A stretch of DNA of 64,000 nt from contig OZ220733.1 in NCBI GenBank assembly GCA_965116875.1, forward strand, positions 64,001 through 128,000. Direction: 5' to 3'. Both the position numbers and the translations under genes were made by a program. This DNA is from Candidatus Latescibacterota bacterium (GTDB taxonomy: Bacteria; Latescibacterota; UBA2968; GCA-2709665). Shown in pieces: positions 18,809 through 27,577 of this stretch (within the stretch, counting starts at the first letter, position 1; each line of letters begins with the position of its first letter). The notes under the pieces were generated by a model, which worked only from the letters and a program-made list of their open reading frames with translations, was not told the origin of the DNA and searched no databases.

Positions 18809-19704
18809 ATCCGTCTCCAGCGTTGTTCAGTTCAGGCTACACCGGTTTCTTCATATACGTGTATTCCAGCCCGTCCCGCGGCTGCCAGCCCAGGATCCGT
18901 CTGGCCTTTTCGTTCGTAAAGTGTCCGTGCGGCCGGTCGCCGAGAATGTTGAATGCCTCGCAACGCGACGGCAGACTCTCAAGTGGAATTCTCAATCCGG
19001 GGAGGAACGCGTCTGCGGCATCCCGCCACGTCACGATAAACGACCGGTCGTGAACGGGTTGGGCGGATGGGTCGTGATCGCGAAAGCTCCAGAACATGTA
19101 ACAAAGCACGTGCACGTCGAAGTTGGCCGTGAAAACCCGGCAGATTTCCTGGCCCAGCCCCTTGGAGATCGCATACAGATTCGTTCCCGGCCTGGGGGGC
19201 ACATCCGGAGAGATGTGGTCGTCCCAGTCCACGTAGGATTCGCCCTGTACGGTAAAGTGCGGTCCCGAGTTGATGACGCGCCGGATCCCGTGTTTAACCG
19301 CGGCCCTCATGATGTTGTAACACCCCATGGCATTCACGTCGAATGCGACCCTTCGATGCGGACGCAGCACGGACAGGTTGATGATTGCATCCATCCCCTC
19401 TGCTGCGCGCATGACGGCGACCGGGTCCGCCACGTCCACGGGCGTCATTTCATGCGGAGTATCGAACGGCTCCAGGTCCGTAATCCGCAGAGTCACCTGC
19501 CCTTCCAGCGCCTTCACGACGTGGGGTCCCAGCATCCCGTTGCCGCCGTAAATCACGACTTTCATATCCGTCTCCAGCGTTGTTCAGTTCAGGCTACACC
19601 GGTTTCTTCATATACGTGTATTCCAGCCCGTCCCGCGGCTGCCAGCCCAGGATCCGTCTGGCCTTTTCGTTCGTAAAGTGTCCGTGCGGCCGGTCGCCGA
19701 GAAT
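18780..19704. repeat. Direct repeat: 18780-18947 identical to 19537-19704 (168 bp, 757-bp spacing)
   Basis: Base-by-base comparison; each unit spans a gene 3' end, the 28-nt spacer and the next gene start. Confidence 0.9.
18837..19565 (-). CDS. NAD-dependent epimerase/dehydratase, tandem copy B (chimeric)
   Basis: GGNGMLG, YAISK; N-terminal half resembles copy C, C-terminal half resembles copy A. Confidence 0.9.
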   Translation of the reverse strand: MKVVIYGGNGMLGPHVVKALEGQVTLRITDLEPFDTPHEMTPVDVADPVAVMRAAEGMDAIINLSVLRPHRRVAFDVNAMGCYNIMRAAVKHGIRRVINSGPHFTVQGESYVDWDDHISPDVPPRPGTNLYAISKGLGQEICRVFTANFDVHVLCYMFWSFRDHDPSAQPVHDRSFIVTWRDAADAFLPGLRIPLESLPSRCEAFNILGDRPHGHFTNEKARRILGWQPRDGLEYTYMKKPV

Positions 19705-20340
19705 ATTGAATACCTCGCATCTTGACGGCAGGCGCTCCAGTGGAATTTTCAATCCAGGGAGGAACGCGTCGGCGGCATCCCGCCACGTCACGATAAAAGA
19801 CCGGTCGCGAACGGGTTGGGCGGATGGGTCGTGATCGCGAAAACTCCAGAACAGGTAACACAGTACGTACACGTCGAAGTTCGAGGTAAAGACCCGGCAG
19901 ATTTCCTGGCCCAGTCCCTTGGACAGCACATACACACCCGTTCCGGGCCTCGGGGGCAAGTCCGGACCGATGCGATGGTCCCAATTCATGTAGGGGTCGC
20001 CCTGTAAGGTGTAATACGGCCCCGTGTTGATCACGCGCCGGATCCCGTTTTTCACGGCCGCGCGTATCACGTTATAGCATCCCAGGGTATTCACGTCGAA
20101 CGCGATTTTTCGATGCGGCCGCAGAACGGACAGGTTGATAATCGCGTCCATCCCTTCCGCGGCGCGCATGACGGCTACAGGGTCCGCCACGTCCACGGGC
20201 ATCATCTCGTGGGACGTTTCAAACGGCTCCAGATCCGTAATCCGAAGGGACACGCGCCCTTCAAGCGCCTTCACGACGTGCGGACCCACCATCCCGTTGC
20301 CGCCGTAAATCACGACTTTCATATCCGTCACCAGGGTCAC
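19594..20340 (-). CDS. NAD-dependent epimerase/dehydratase, tandem copy A
   Basis: GGNGMVG, YVLSK; the start may be ATG 20322 (MKVVIY). Confidence 0.9.
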   Translation of the reverse strand: MTLVTDMKVVIYGGNGMVGPHVVKALEGRVSLRITDLEPFETSHEMMPVDVADPVAVMRAAEGMDAIINLSVLRPHRKIAFDVNTLGCYNVIRAAVKNGIRRVINTGPYYTLQGDPYMNWDHRIGPDLPPRPGTGVYVLSKGLGQEICRVFTSNFDVYVLCYLFWSFRDHDPSAQPVRDRSFIVTWRDAADAFLPGLKIPLERLPSRCEVFNILGDRPHGHFTNEKARRILGWQPRDGLEYTYMKKPV

Positions 20341-20354
20341 GCGGATTCAACGAT

Positions 20355-20999
20355 TCAGATTCCGAGGGCACTCTTAGCCTGGTCGACTGGAAACCTCGCG
20401 TTTTCGACCTCGGACTGCACGTGCAGCACCCGCCACATCGGCCCGTCTATCGTCAATGCGGATGCGATTGCCCTGACCGCGTCCGTCACAGACAACGCGG
20501 CGTCGCCGTCGCCGCCAACTTCCCCGAGCCGCAGGCAAGTCACGCGCACCGAGTGTTCCCGAGCGAATTCTCTGCACGTGAACTCACCGAGGTACTTCCC
20601 CAGAGGTCCTGCGTCCGTCGACGGCCTGGGCGCCCACTGCTCCGTCACGTTCCAGTTCGGATCGCACGTCTCGAAAAGGCTGAGCGAACTGAGGTAGACC
20701 ACGTGGCGGACGTTTTTCTCCCGTGCGGCCGCCATCAGATTGTACGTGCAACGCGTCTGGAAATCGATCTCGCTCTCGTCAGTCCTCTGCCGTTCGGGCA
20801 ACTGCGCGACGTGCACGATCGCATCCATCCCGTCCACCAGGGATTCCGTGTCGCCGTCGTGGCCCAGTTCACACGTGCGAAATGCGAATTCCGTCGACAC
20901 TTCCACGACGTCGGTCAACGTCACCTCGTGTTGCCGCGACAGGTCCTCAGCCAACGCCCGAGCAAGCGCCGTCCCTGCTGATGTAATCAGTACTCTCAT
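20355..20999 (-). CDS. Divergent NAD(P)-binding SDR-like protein with degenerate catalytic motifs
   Basis: MRVLITSAGTALA, GMDAIVHVA, TYNLMAAA, VVYLSS, CLRLG; lacks the canonical GxxGxxG and YxxxK motifs. Confidence 0.8.
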   Translation of the reverse strand: MRVLITSAGTALARALAEDLSRQHEVTLTDVVEVSTEFAFRTCELGHDGDTESLVDGMDAIVHVAQLPERQRTDESEIDFQTRCTYNLMAAAREKNVRHVVYLSSLSLFETCDPNWNVTEQWAPRPSTDAGPLGKYLGEFTCREFAREHSVRVTCLRLGEVGGDGDAALSVTDAVRAIASALTIDGPMWRVLHVQSEVENARFPVDQAKSALGI

Positions 21000-21136
21000 G
21001 AGTCTCGCTCCTGTATCTGGAAATTCCATCTGCCCAAGCAAAGAGGTGCCTATCCAGCCAACGAACCTCAATTCGAAAAGAGACAACAGTCAAACCGGCC
21101 ATAGCAACCGCATTCCACCCACAAGCAAATCGTGCG

Positions 21137-21460
21137 CTACACGGCGATCACGCGTCGTTGTCCCTCCCTGCTTTCTGACGGGATGATCCGGATCTCGATA
21201 TCGCGATTGAGGCGGATAAGAAATGTCATCAGACGCTCTACGCTATAATGATTGAAATTTCCCCTCTTGAGACGGGATATTTCAGGCTGCTGCACGCCCA
21301 GGATATCGGCTGCTTCCGCCTGCGTCAGCTTCCGCTTTCCTATAATTTGAAACACCTCATAGCCGAGCGATGCCTTCAGAAACAACTCACCCGCGTCGGG
21401 TAATTCCAGATCTTCGAACACGTTGCCTGAACTCCGTTCAATGGCGATCTCATCGCTCAT
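21137..21460 (-). CDS. XRE-family HTH protein (HTH_37 / HigA-like antitoxin)
   Basis: SSGNVFEDLELPDA, LTQAEAADILGVQQPEISRL, SVERLMTFL; RBS GGAGG before ATG 21460. Confidence 0.88.
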   Translation of the reverse strand: MSDEIAIERSSGNVFEDLELPDAGELFLKASLGYEVFQIIGKRKLTQAEAADILGVQQPEISRLKRGNFNHYSVERLMTFLIRLNRDIEIRIIPSESREGQRRVIAV

Positions 21461-21708
21461 GCTTCGCCTCCGGTTTCTGCGCCACTTGAACAGTCCGTTG
21501 AGAAAGTCGCTCTGCAGGCGAGGCCTGGTGTCCCGCCCCGGAAATAAATCGCCATTGTGGTCGAAGACAAGGCGCGCGACCGGGTCCCATCCTGCGATTC
21601 GGTGAGGGAGCGCAACGCAGCTTTTCGACGGCAAGGGCCGGCCGTAGCCCGGATGGACTTTTTCAACGGGCTGTTCAGGCGTGTACCTGACAGATCGCCC
21701 TCTCTCAC
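21450..21708 (-). pseudogene. Probable remnant of a RelE/HigB-type toxin gene, interrupted and deleted by the MITE
   Basis: GAGG RBS plus GTG 21708 (MREGDLSGTR) before the MITE; ...VAQKPEAKHER* after it, overlapping the antitoxin start. Toxin identity is inferred from position only. Confidence 0.45.
21487..21677. mobile_element. MITE-like element, family B (191 bp)
   Basis: 22-bp terminal inverted repeats TGAACAGTCCGTTGAGAAAGTC / GACTTTTTCAACGGGCTGTTCA (20 of 22 complementary); no coding capacity; no obvious target duplication. Confidence 0.75.
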
Positions 21709-21733
21709 GGGAACCTCACGGAGATCATGTCCA

Positions 21734-21762
21734 AATATAACCAATTGGATATAAATTGTCAA
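21734..21762 (-). promoter_or_regulatory. Sigma70 promoter with a palindromic operator in the spacer
   Basis: Minus strand TTGACA, 17 nt, TATATT; palindrome TATAACCAATTGGATATA at 21736-21753. Confidence 0.7.
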
Positions 21763-21795
21763 GGTCTTTGCCGCTTGCAACAGGATAAACACCCT

Positions 21796-22308
21796 CTAAA
21801 GATACTGATAATACGTGACCTGGGGCTGGACGATGTTGAAACCCGCCTTTTCGTATGCGCGGCGCGCGGGAGCGTGACCCTCGTCCAGACCGGTACCCAC
21901 ACAGGCAAAGCGGAGTCCCTCGGACCTGAAGCAGTCGAGGGCATAGCGATACATCGCCGTGCCGAGACCCTTGCCCTGCGCCTCGGGCGCCACGGCATTG
22001 TTCGTGATTCTGCCCAGGGATTTCTTCCGGTCGATCGAAAACGTCAGGAATGCGACAACGTCCGGTGTCTCCGCGGCGACGACAACGCGGAACCACTCCG
22101 GATGCGTCTCCCAGTGGCGGCGGACCGCGATTGTTTTCTCTTCCTCCCAATTCGCGCACAGCACGGCGTGCATTTCTTCTCCCATGATCTCCGCGGTACT
22201 GACGTGGATCCTCTTCCACCCCTGCCGGGCGATCTCACCCACGCGCTCCATATCCTGCGAAACCGCCCGTCGTATTCGAAATCCTGCGGTGAGTTCGGAA
22301 TCCGGCAT
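21796..22308 (-). CDS. GNAT family N-acetyltransferase
   Basis: NNAVAPEAQGKGLGT acetyl-CoA motif, ARRAYEKAGF. Confidence 0.9.
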   Translation of the reverse strand: MPDSELTAGFRIRRAVSQDMERVGEIARQGWKRIHVSTAEIMGEEMHAVLCANWEEEKTIAVRRHWETHPEWFRVVVAAETPDVVAFLTFSIDRKKSLGRITNNAVAPEAQGKGLGTAMYRYALDCFRSEGLRFACVGTGLDEGHAPARRAYEKAGFNIVQPQVTYYQYL

Positions 22309-22559
22309 GCCTAACCATCCCTCTGGCTTTCGTCATTCGTCGCCTGGTCCTGCATGGAGTCTTCAGCAGGAAAAGCGAATGGACTTAATGTGCGGAACGC
22401 GTTACCCTCGGCCGTTGCCCCTGTAGTGAAGCGTCATCAGGACAGGACGCGCAGTCGACGGCGCTGTTCGCGAAATACAAAGGCGTTGACATTCGGCCGG
22501 GAGCCGATATCTTGAAATCGATGGCCGAAACCAACCAGGCACGAAAGGAGCGACACCGG

Positions 22560-23324
22560 ATGAAACTTGGCATCGTCACCTATCAGATCGCGAAAGACTG
22601 GGATGTTCCCACACTGATCGACATGTGCCACACCACGGGAATCCAGGGCGTCGAACTTCGCACCACCCACGCGCACGGTGTGGAGATCGCGCTTTCATCC
22701 GCCGAACGGAGCGCGGTCAGGCGCCGCTTCGAGGACGCGGGGGTCGAAATCGTGGGCCTCGGGAGCGTCTACGAGTACCACGCCGCGGATCCGGAGACCG
22801 TGCGCCGGAACATCGACGGGACCGTCGAAACCGCGCGGCTCGCCGCGGACCTGGGCTGCTCCGGCGTCAAGGTTCGTCCCAACGGGCTGCAGACGGAAAA
22901 GGGCATTCCGGAAGAACAGACCCTGGAACAGATCGGGCGCGCGTTGGGAGAATGCGGCGAAGCAACCGTGGACCTGGGCGTCCAGATTCGCGTTGAGGTC
23001 CACGGCAGGGACACGTGCGAACCCCGGCGCATGCGCACGATCATCGACCATGCCGACCATGACAACGTCTACATCTGCTGGAACTGCAACCCCCAGGACG
23101 TCGTTGACGGCTCGGTCAGGAGCGGCTTCGACTTGCTGAAACACAAAATCGGGCTCGTGCACATCAACGAATTGCACAAAGCCGAATACCCCTGGCGGGA
23201 ACTCTTCGGGCTCCTGAAAGCCGAAGGATACGACGGATACACCCTGGCCGAAATCCCCGACAGCCCGGAGCCGGAACGGCTCTTGCGTTACTACAAAGCC
23301 CTGTGGCAGGCGCTTATGGCCTAG
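22560..23324 (+). CDS. Sugar phosphate isomerase/epimerase (xylose-isomerase-like TIM barrel)
   Basis: GIQGVELR, VEVHG, LVHINEL, GYDGYTLAE; RBS AAGGAG; upstream TTGACA-16-TATCTT at 22486-22513. Confidence 0.88.
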   Translation: MKLGIVTYQIAKDWDVPTLIDMCHTTGIQGVELRTTHAHGVEIALSSAERSAVRRRFEDAGVEIVGLGSVYEYHAADPETVRRNIDGTVETARLAADLGCSGVKVRPNGLQTEKGIPEEQTLEQIGRALGECGEATVDLGVQIRVEVHGRDTCEPRRMRTIIDHADHDNVYICWNCNPQDVVDGSVRSGFDLLKHKIGLVHINELHKAEYPWRELFGLLKAEGYDGYTLAEIPDSPEPERLLRYYKALWQALMA

Positions 23325-25225
23325 CAGCCCGGAATCCGGAAGCTCCAGACTTCGGATCTGTGGGTATAATAGAGCCTGCCTTCGCGAATGACAATGCCCG
23401 CGTTCGCATTCACCGGGGGTGTTCCCAGCGACGAGTGTTCGAACGAACCCGGTTCGATCCGAACGATCGCGTTGCGAAAGAGCGCGTAGATCTCGTTGTC
23501 GGGCCCCGCCGCCATGATCCTGGGGGCCTGTTGGCCCGCCAGGTCGCCGTAGGGCAGCTTCGCCTCGAAGTGGACGATCTCGCGCGACCCGGGATCGAAA
23601 ACGAAGAATGCCGATCCGGCGGCCAGGCCGTAGATCAATCCGTCGGGACCCAGGAGCATGTCCGGAATCACCGTGGCGCCCGGCACAACCACTTCGCGAA
23701 AAAGCACACGGCCTTCATCCGGATCCAGAATGTAGAGTTCCGCCTCCTTCGCGTGCGTCTCACCTCCCGTTCCGGGACTTATCGTCGTCCCGCACACGAT
23801 CTTCCCGTCCGGCAGCGCCACAATCGATACCGTGCTGTGGGCGGGAATCAGCTCCTCGTGGGTCAACAGCGTATGGCTCCCGGACCCGGTATCCCAGATC
23901 AGCATCCCTCCGCCCGTCAAACCATAGCCCGGCGTTCCCGTCATGATCAACCGCCGCCCGTCCGGGTGCGCCAGAAGCGCGTGCGGGCGGATAATTGTGG
24001 GATTCACGGATATCAAAACCCTGGGGTTCGGGTCCTCAGGCGCCCGATCGTCCCACGGCCGCGCGGGGTCGTATTCCCAGAGCCTGCCGTCCGCGTACTC
24101 CGCGCAGTAGATCTTTTCGCCCTGAACGGCGAGCGCGTTCAGGTGTCCGATCAGGTCCAACAGACCGTGGTGGGTGAACGCATCCGCCTCCGGATCGTAC
24201 GTATAGAACCTCAGCGGATGCCCGGTCGAACCGTGGATTCTGCCGTCCGGACCCTCCGCGATCGACAGGATGGGGGATCCCTCCGACTCATAGTCGATTT
24301 CCAGACGTCTTACCGTTCCCGCCTCGTTGACTTCGACGTACTTCTCCGGAAGGTTGATCTCATCGAGCGACCAGCCATCCGGGAAATTGTCCAGGACCGC
24401 CTCCTGGATGCCGGCCATGATCGGCCGCTCGGCGGCGGGCGCGTCCACCGGCGTCACCGCGCCTTCGAGCATCGCCCACCACGGACCGGTGTCGAACGTC
24501 CTCCCGTACACCTTGCCGTCCACACCCCGGTAGACGGACGATGAGCCGTGCCGGCGGTCGGACTCGGGAATCAACGCGGCACGTTCGCCTGTTGCCGGAT
24601 TGAATGAAACGATCTGCCCGCGCGTGGCGCCGATGCCCGCGTAGACCCACCCGGAACCGTCCACCGCGATCGTCCTCGGGTACTGAGGCCAATTCTCATG
24701 GTTGAGCGGGCCGTGGTTCTCCAGTTTTTGGCTGTCCGGATCGAAGCTCAGCAATTCGCAGTTGGGATACGCGGACGTCCAGACCGTGCCGTCATCGTCT
24801 TCTGTAAACGACATGGCGAATCTCGGCGGCGCGTCGGACCAGAACGTGAAGCGGCGTGATTCGGCGTCGAACTCCACGAACTTGTCGAAATACGAATAGA
24901 ACCGGTTCCGCGTGGACAACAGAACGGCAAAGGGCGTGGAGGCCATCCCGAACGGCGTCGGAATCTCCTCCACCTCGCCCGTCCGTGCGTCGATCACGAG
25001 AATCGAACCGCATCCCCTGTGGTCCATCGGCCACGCCAGGACGATGGGCTGCCCGTCACCGTCCACCGTTGCCGCCACGCCTCGCGCGCGGGACACCGGG
25101 GCGGCAACGCCATGCCGCGCGAACCCGTCCCCGAAATCACGGGTCGCGGCCTCAGCCGTACGTCTGAAAACCAACAGAAACGTGGCCAACAGTATGGCAA
25201 ATGCCGTGAACGAAACCGGGCTCAT
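23321..25225 (-). CDS. Secreted beta-propeller repeat protein
   Basis: Signal peptide (MSPVSFTAFAILLATFLL...AEA); repeated GPDGxIYG, DGKVYG and FDPxxx blade motifs. Confidence 0.75.
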   Translation of the reverse strand: MSPVSFTAFAILLATFLLVFRRTAEAATRDFGDGFARHGVAAPVSRARGVAATVDGDGQPIVLAWPMDHRGCGSILVIDARTGEVEEIPTPFGMASTPFAVLLSTRNRFYSYFDKFVEFDAESRRFTFWSDAPPRFAMSFTEDDDGTVWTSAYPNCELLSFDPDSQKLENHGPLNHENWPQYPRTIAVDGSGWVYAGIGATRGQIVSFNPATGERAALIPESDRRHGSSSVYRGVDGKVYGRTFDTGPWWAMLEGAVTPVDAPAAERPIMAGIQEAVLDNFPDGWSLDEINLPEKYVEVNEAGTVRRLEIDYESEGSPILSIAEGPDGRIHGSTGHPLRFYTYDPEADAFTHHGLLDLIGHLNALAVQGEKIYCAEYADGRLWEYDPARPWDDRAPEDPNPRVLISVNPTIIRPHALLAHPDGRRLIMTGTPGYGLTGGGMLIWDTGSGSHTLLTHEELIPAHSTVSIVALPDGKIVCGTTISPGTGGETHAKEAELYILDPDEGRVLFREVVVPGATVIPDMLLGPDGLIYGLAAGSAFFVFDPGSREIVHFEAKLPYGDLAGQQAPRIMAAGPDNEIYALFRNAIVRIEPGSFEHSSLGTPPVNANAGIVIREGRLYYTHRSEVWSFRIPGC

Positions 25226-25533
25226 GTCAATCCTCCGGTTGGTTACATCATATACCGACGGGCCCACGGCTGCCAATATGTGGAGCCGCGCTTCGAAAGT
25301 CAAGCGGATGCAATGCCACCGAGGCAGTTCTGGTCGGCATACCCACCAATCTCCCATTAGAAACAGAAATGCCAATCCGGGAGCAGATCGGCTTCTGAAA
25401 AACGTGCCGCACAACTTTGGAAAGAAGAGCCATTTCAGACAGCGAGATCTGCGCACTGCCTGTCGCACGGCTCTGATTGGCGGGGATGATTGTCGAACAC
25501 GTCGAATTGATGCGCGATTTCGTCGTTTTGGGT

Positions 25534-26577
25534 TCAGCTATTTGATAGGTGCGCAATCAACTCCGTTTCCAAATTTTCGGCTTCCTCCCTTGTAAGGTAT
25601 GGCACCTTTATCGTGCGCGCCCAGAAGAAGCTTTTTCCGGTAATTTCAGAAACTTTCCGAAAGTCCATTGCACAGATTTTCGGACCCCTTACCGGTATTG
25701 GAGTTGTAAATTCCACTTGCCTAAACCACATATCCTTCTCTTCACTCTTTTCGATGTTACCTCCCTTTACTCGACCAGCAGCAACGATGCCGGTCCCTCT
25801 GTGGGAAAGGAAAATAAAGTCGTCCGGATGTATGTATCCAACGAAATGTTTCGTAGTTCCCCACGCGGCGACTCGGCTATGTTCGATCATTTCCCAGATC
25901 GATTCTTTATTGTAGGTCTTGTTGGTATCGAATAGCACTCCTTTAATGGAATTTGGATTTCGATGCTTGTCATATGGCAACGCGAAAAACTCGAAATATT
26001 TCTCGTTGTTCAGTTCATAAATTCTATACGGCAGGAAGTCGATTAAAATTCCCTGTTTCTTCCAATAGTCCGCCGCATTGATTAGGCTATCGTCCGCAGC
26101 GCTTCCGATTACAATCAACCTCTGTCTGTTGTTTATGTCTTCAACGTCCAGTTGTTGCTTAAGGCCGAATGCTTCCTTGTGCGCTTTGCGTAGTTCGATT
26201 TCATCTCCGTCAGCGTACATTCGGTTTCCTTTGTACTCACGGTATTTCTTTTGTAACGTCTCGTAACTCCATTGTCCGGCACTCTGCGCATAGCGCAAAG
26301 CCTGTTGGACGGCATCTTCGCCAGTAGTACCTCTCTTTAGCTCAAAAATGACCAACTCACCTCTTTCGTCCAACGCATAAATGTCTGCTTCTGCCTTGCC
26401 TTTCTGTTCTTGGAATACTGGCATTAGACTCGATTCCTCATACAGCACATCCAGAATGCTCTTTGCGATCAAATCTTCCAGATCTTTCTCGACGTTCTTA
26501 AAGCTTGCGAAATCCCTAAATGCCACGGGTTCGAGTGTATCGAATTTCCCTTCGGTCGACCCAAGTTTGTATAACAT
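25534..26577 (-). CDS. NucS/EndoMS-like PD-(D/E)xK nuclease fused to a C-terminal PUA/EVE-like domain; AT-rich
   Basis: EKDLE...ADIYALDERGELVIFELKR...QALRY nuclease motifs; C-terminal DDFIFLSHRGTGIVAAGRV; visibly lower GC than the flanks; ATG 26577 after GAGG. Confidence 0.75.
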   Translation of the reverse strand: MLYKLGSTEGKFDTLEPVAFRDFASFKNVEKDLEDLIAKSILDVLYEESSLMPVFQEQKGKAEADIYALDERGELVIFELKRGTTGEDAVQQALRYAQSAGQWSYETLQKKYREYKGNRMYADGDEIELRKAHKEAFGLKQQLDVEDINNRQRLIVIGSAADDSLINAADYWKKQGILIDFLPYRIYELNNEKYFEFFALPYDKHRNPNSIKGVLFDTNKTYNKESIWEMIEHSRVAAWGTTKHFVGYIHPDDFIFLSHRGTGIVAAGRVKGGNIEKSEEKDMWFRQVEFTTPIPVRGPKICAMDFRKVSEITGKSFFWARTIKVPYLTREEAENLETELIAHLSNS

Positions 26578-26675
26578 AGAACTACCTCTTTCTGGTAACA
26601 AATGTACCGGAACAGGACGTATTTGAAGTCAAATCCAGACCGCCACAAGTACCCGGGTTTTCCCGTGCGTCCAAT

Positions 26676-27251
26676 CTACAGGTCCTTGTACCAGGTCAAT
26701 TCCACCTCGTCCAGGCCTTCCGCGCGGTAGGCGTATAGATGGACTTTGCCGAGCCGGGCCCCCATGCGCGCGTAGAAGCGGCAGGCGGCGACGTTGACGT
26801 TCTGGGTTTCGATCTTCAAATGCGTGCATCCACGCTTTCCGGCAGCGGTCTCCGCGTGCTGGAACAGCGCCCTGCCGACTCCCCTTCCGCGGTATTCCGG
26901 ACTGACCCGAATGTCCCACAGGCCCGCGAGGTCTTCGCGCCCTTCGCAGTAGCCCAGGCCGTCGGCGTGAAACGCGACGATCGCGCCGCCGATTCGGTCC
27001 TGCCCCCGGAAGGCGCCCAGAAAGATCCAGTTCGACAGGTCCCACGACCTGCGGGCCAATCGTTCGGGGCCCTCGGGTTCGTCATAGTCCTTGATATAGG
27101 GCGGCTTCACGGCTTCTTCGATCAGCCGGATTCCCCCGAGGCCGCCGGATACCGGTTGGACGCGAAAGCGGCGCCTGACCTCGAAGGCAATCGGTACGTT
27201 GCCGTATTCCGAAAGAACGTCGGCGGCTTCTACTGCTATCCTGAACTTCAT
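26676..27251 (-). CDS. GNAT acetyltransferase, streptothricin-acetyltransferase-like
   Basis: PYIKDYD, LWDIRVSPEYRGRGVG, IETQNVNVAACRFY. Confidence 0.85.
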   Translation of the reverse strand: MKFRIAVEAADVLSEYGNVPIAFEVRRRFRVQPVSGGLGGIRLIEEAVKPPYIKDYDEPEGPERLARRSWDLSNWIFLGAFRGQDRIGGAIVAFHADGLGYCEGREDLAGLWDIRVSPEYRGRGVGRALFQHAETAAGKRGCTHLKIETQNVNVAACRFYARMGARLGKVHLYAYRAEGLDEVELTWYKDL

Positions 27252-27577
27252 TGGCGTTTCCGTCTCGACACGGCGATGCGCCTGATGAATCGTATACGGT
27301 ATCTTGCTCGATATTTCCTGCGAAACCCTGCGGCGGATATATTGTACCCCCTCGTCCCGTTACCTATCGAACCGTAATCCCTAACGAAGATACCGATATC
27401 GTCAAACGACGGTCAAGCTTCATGTGCGGCCGGAACGAAGCCTGTTGGCGATCAAAGCCCATGGGTCCTGTTGCAACTGTCGGAACCGTCGCCAAGTGAC
27501 GACGATCGCGCATAACCTGTTAATTTCATTGCAATTTGTGAGTTCTTTGTCTATTTTCGATCTTCCGCGTTCACACA

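Noticed and set aside
18086-20340. Diversity-generating retroelement or CRISPR interpretation of the repeats
   Set aside because: No reverse transcriptase or cas genes; differences are not adenine-specific and the repeats are whole genes.
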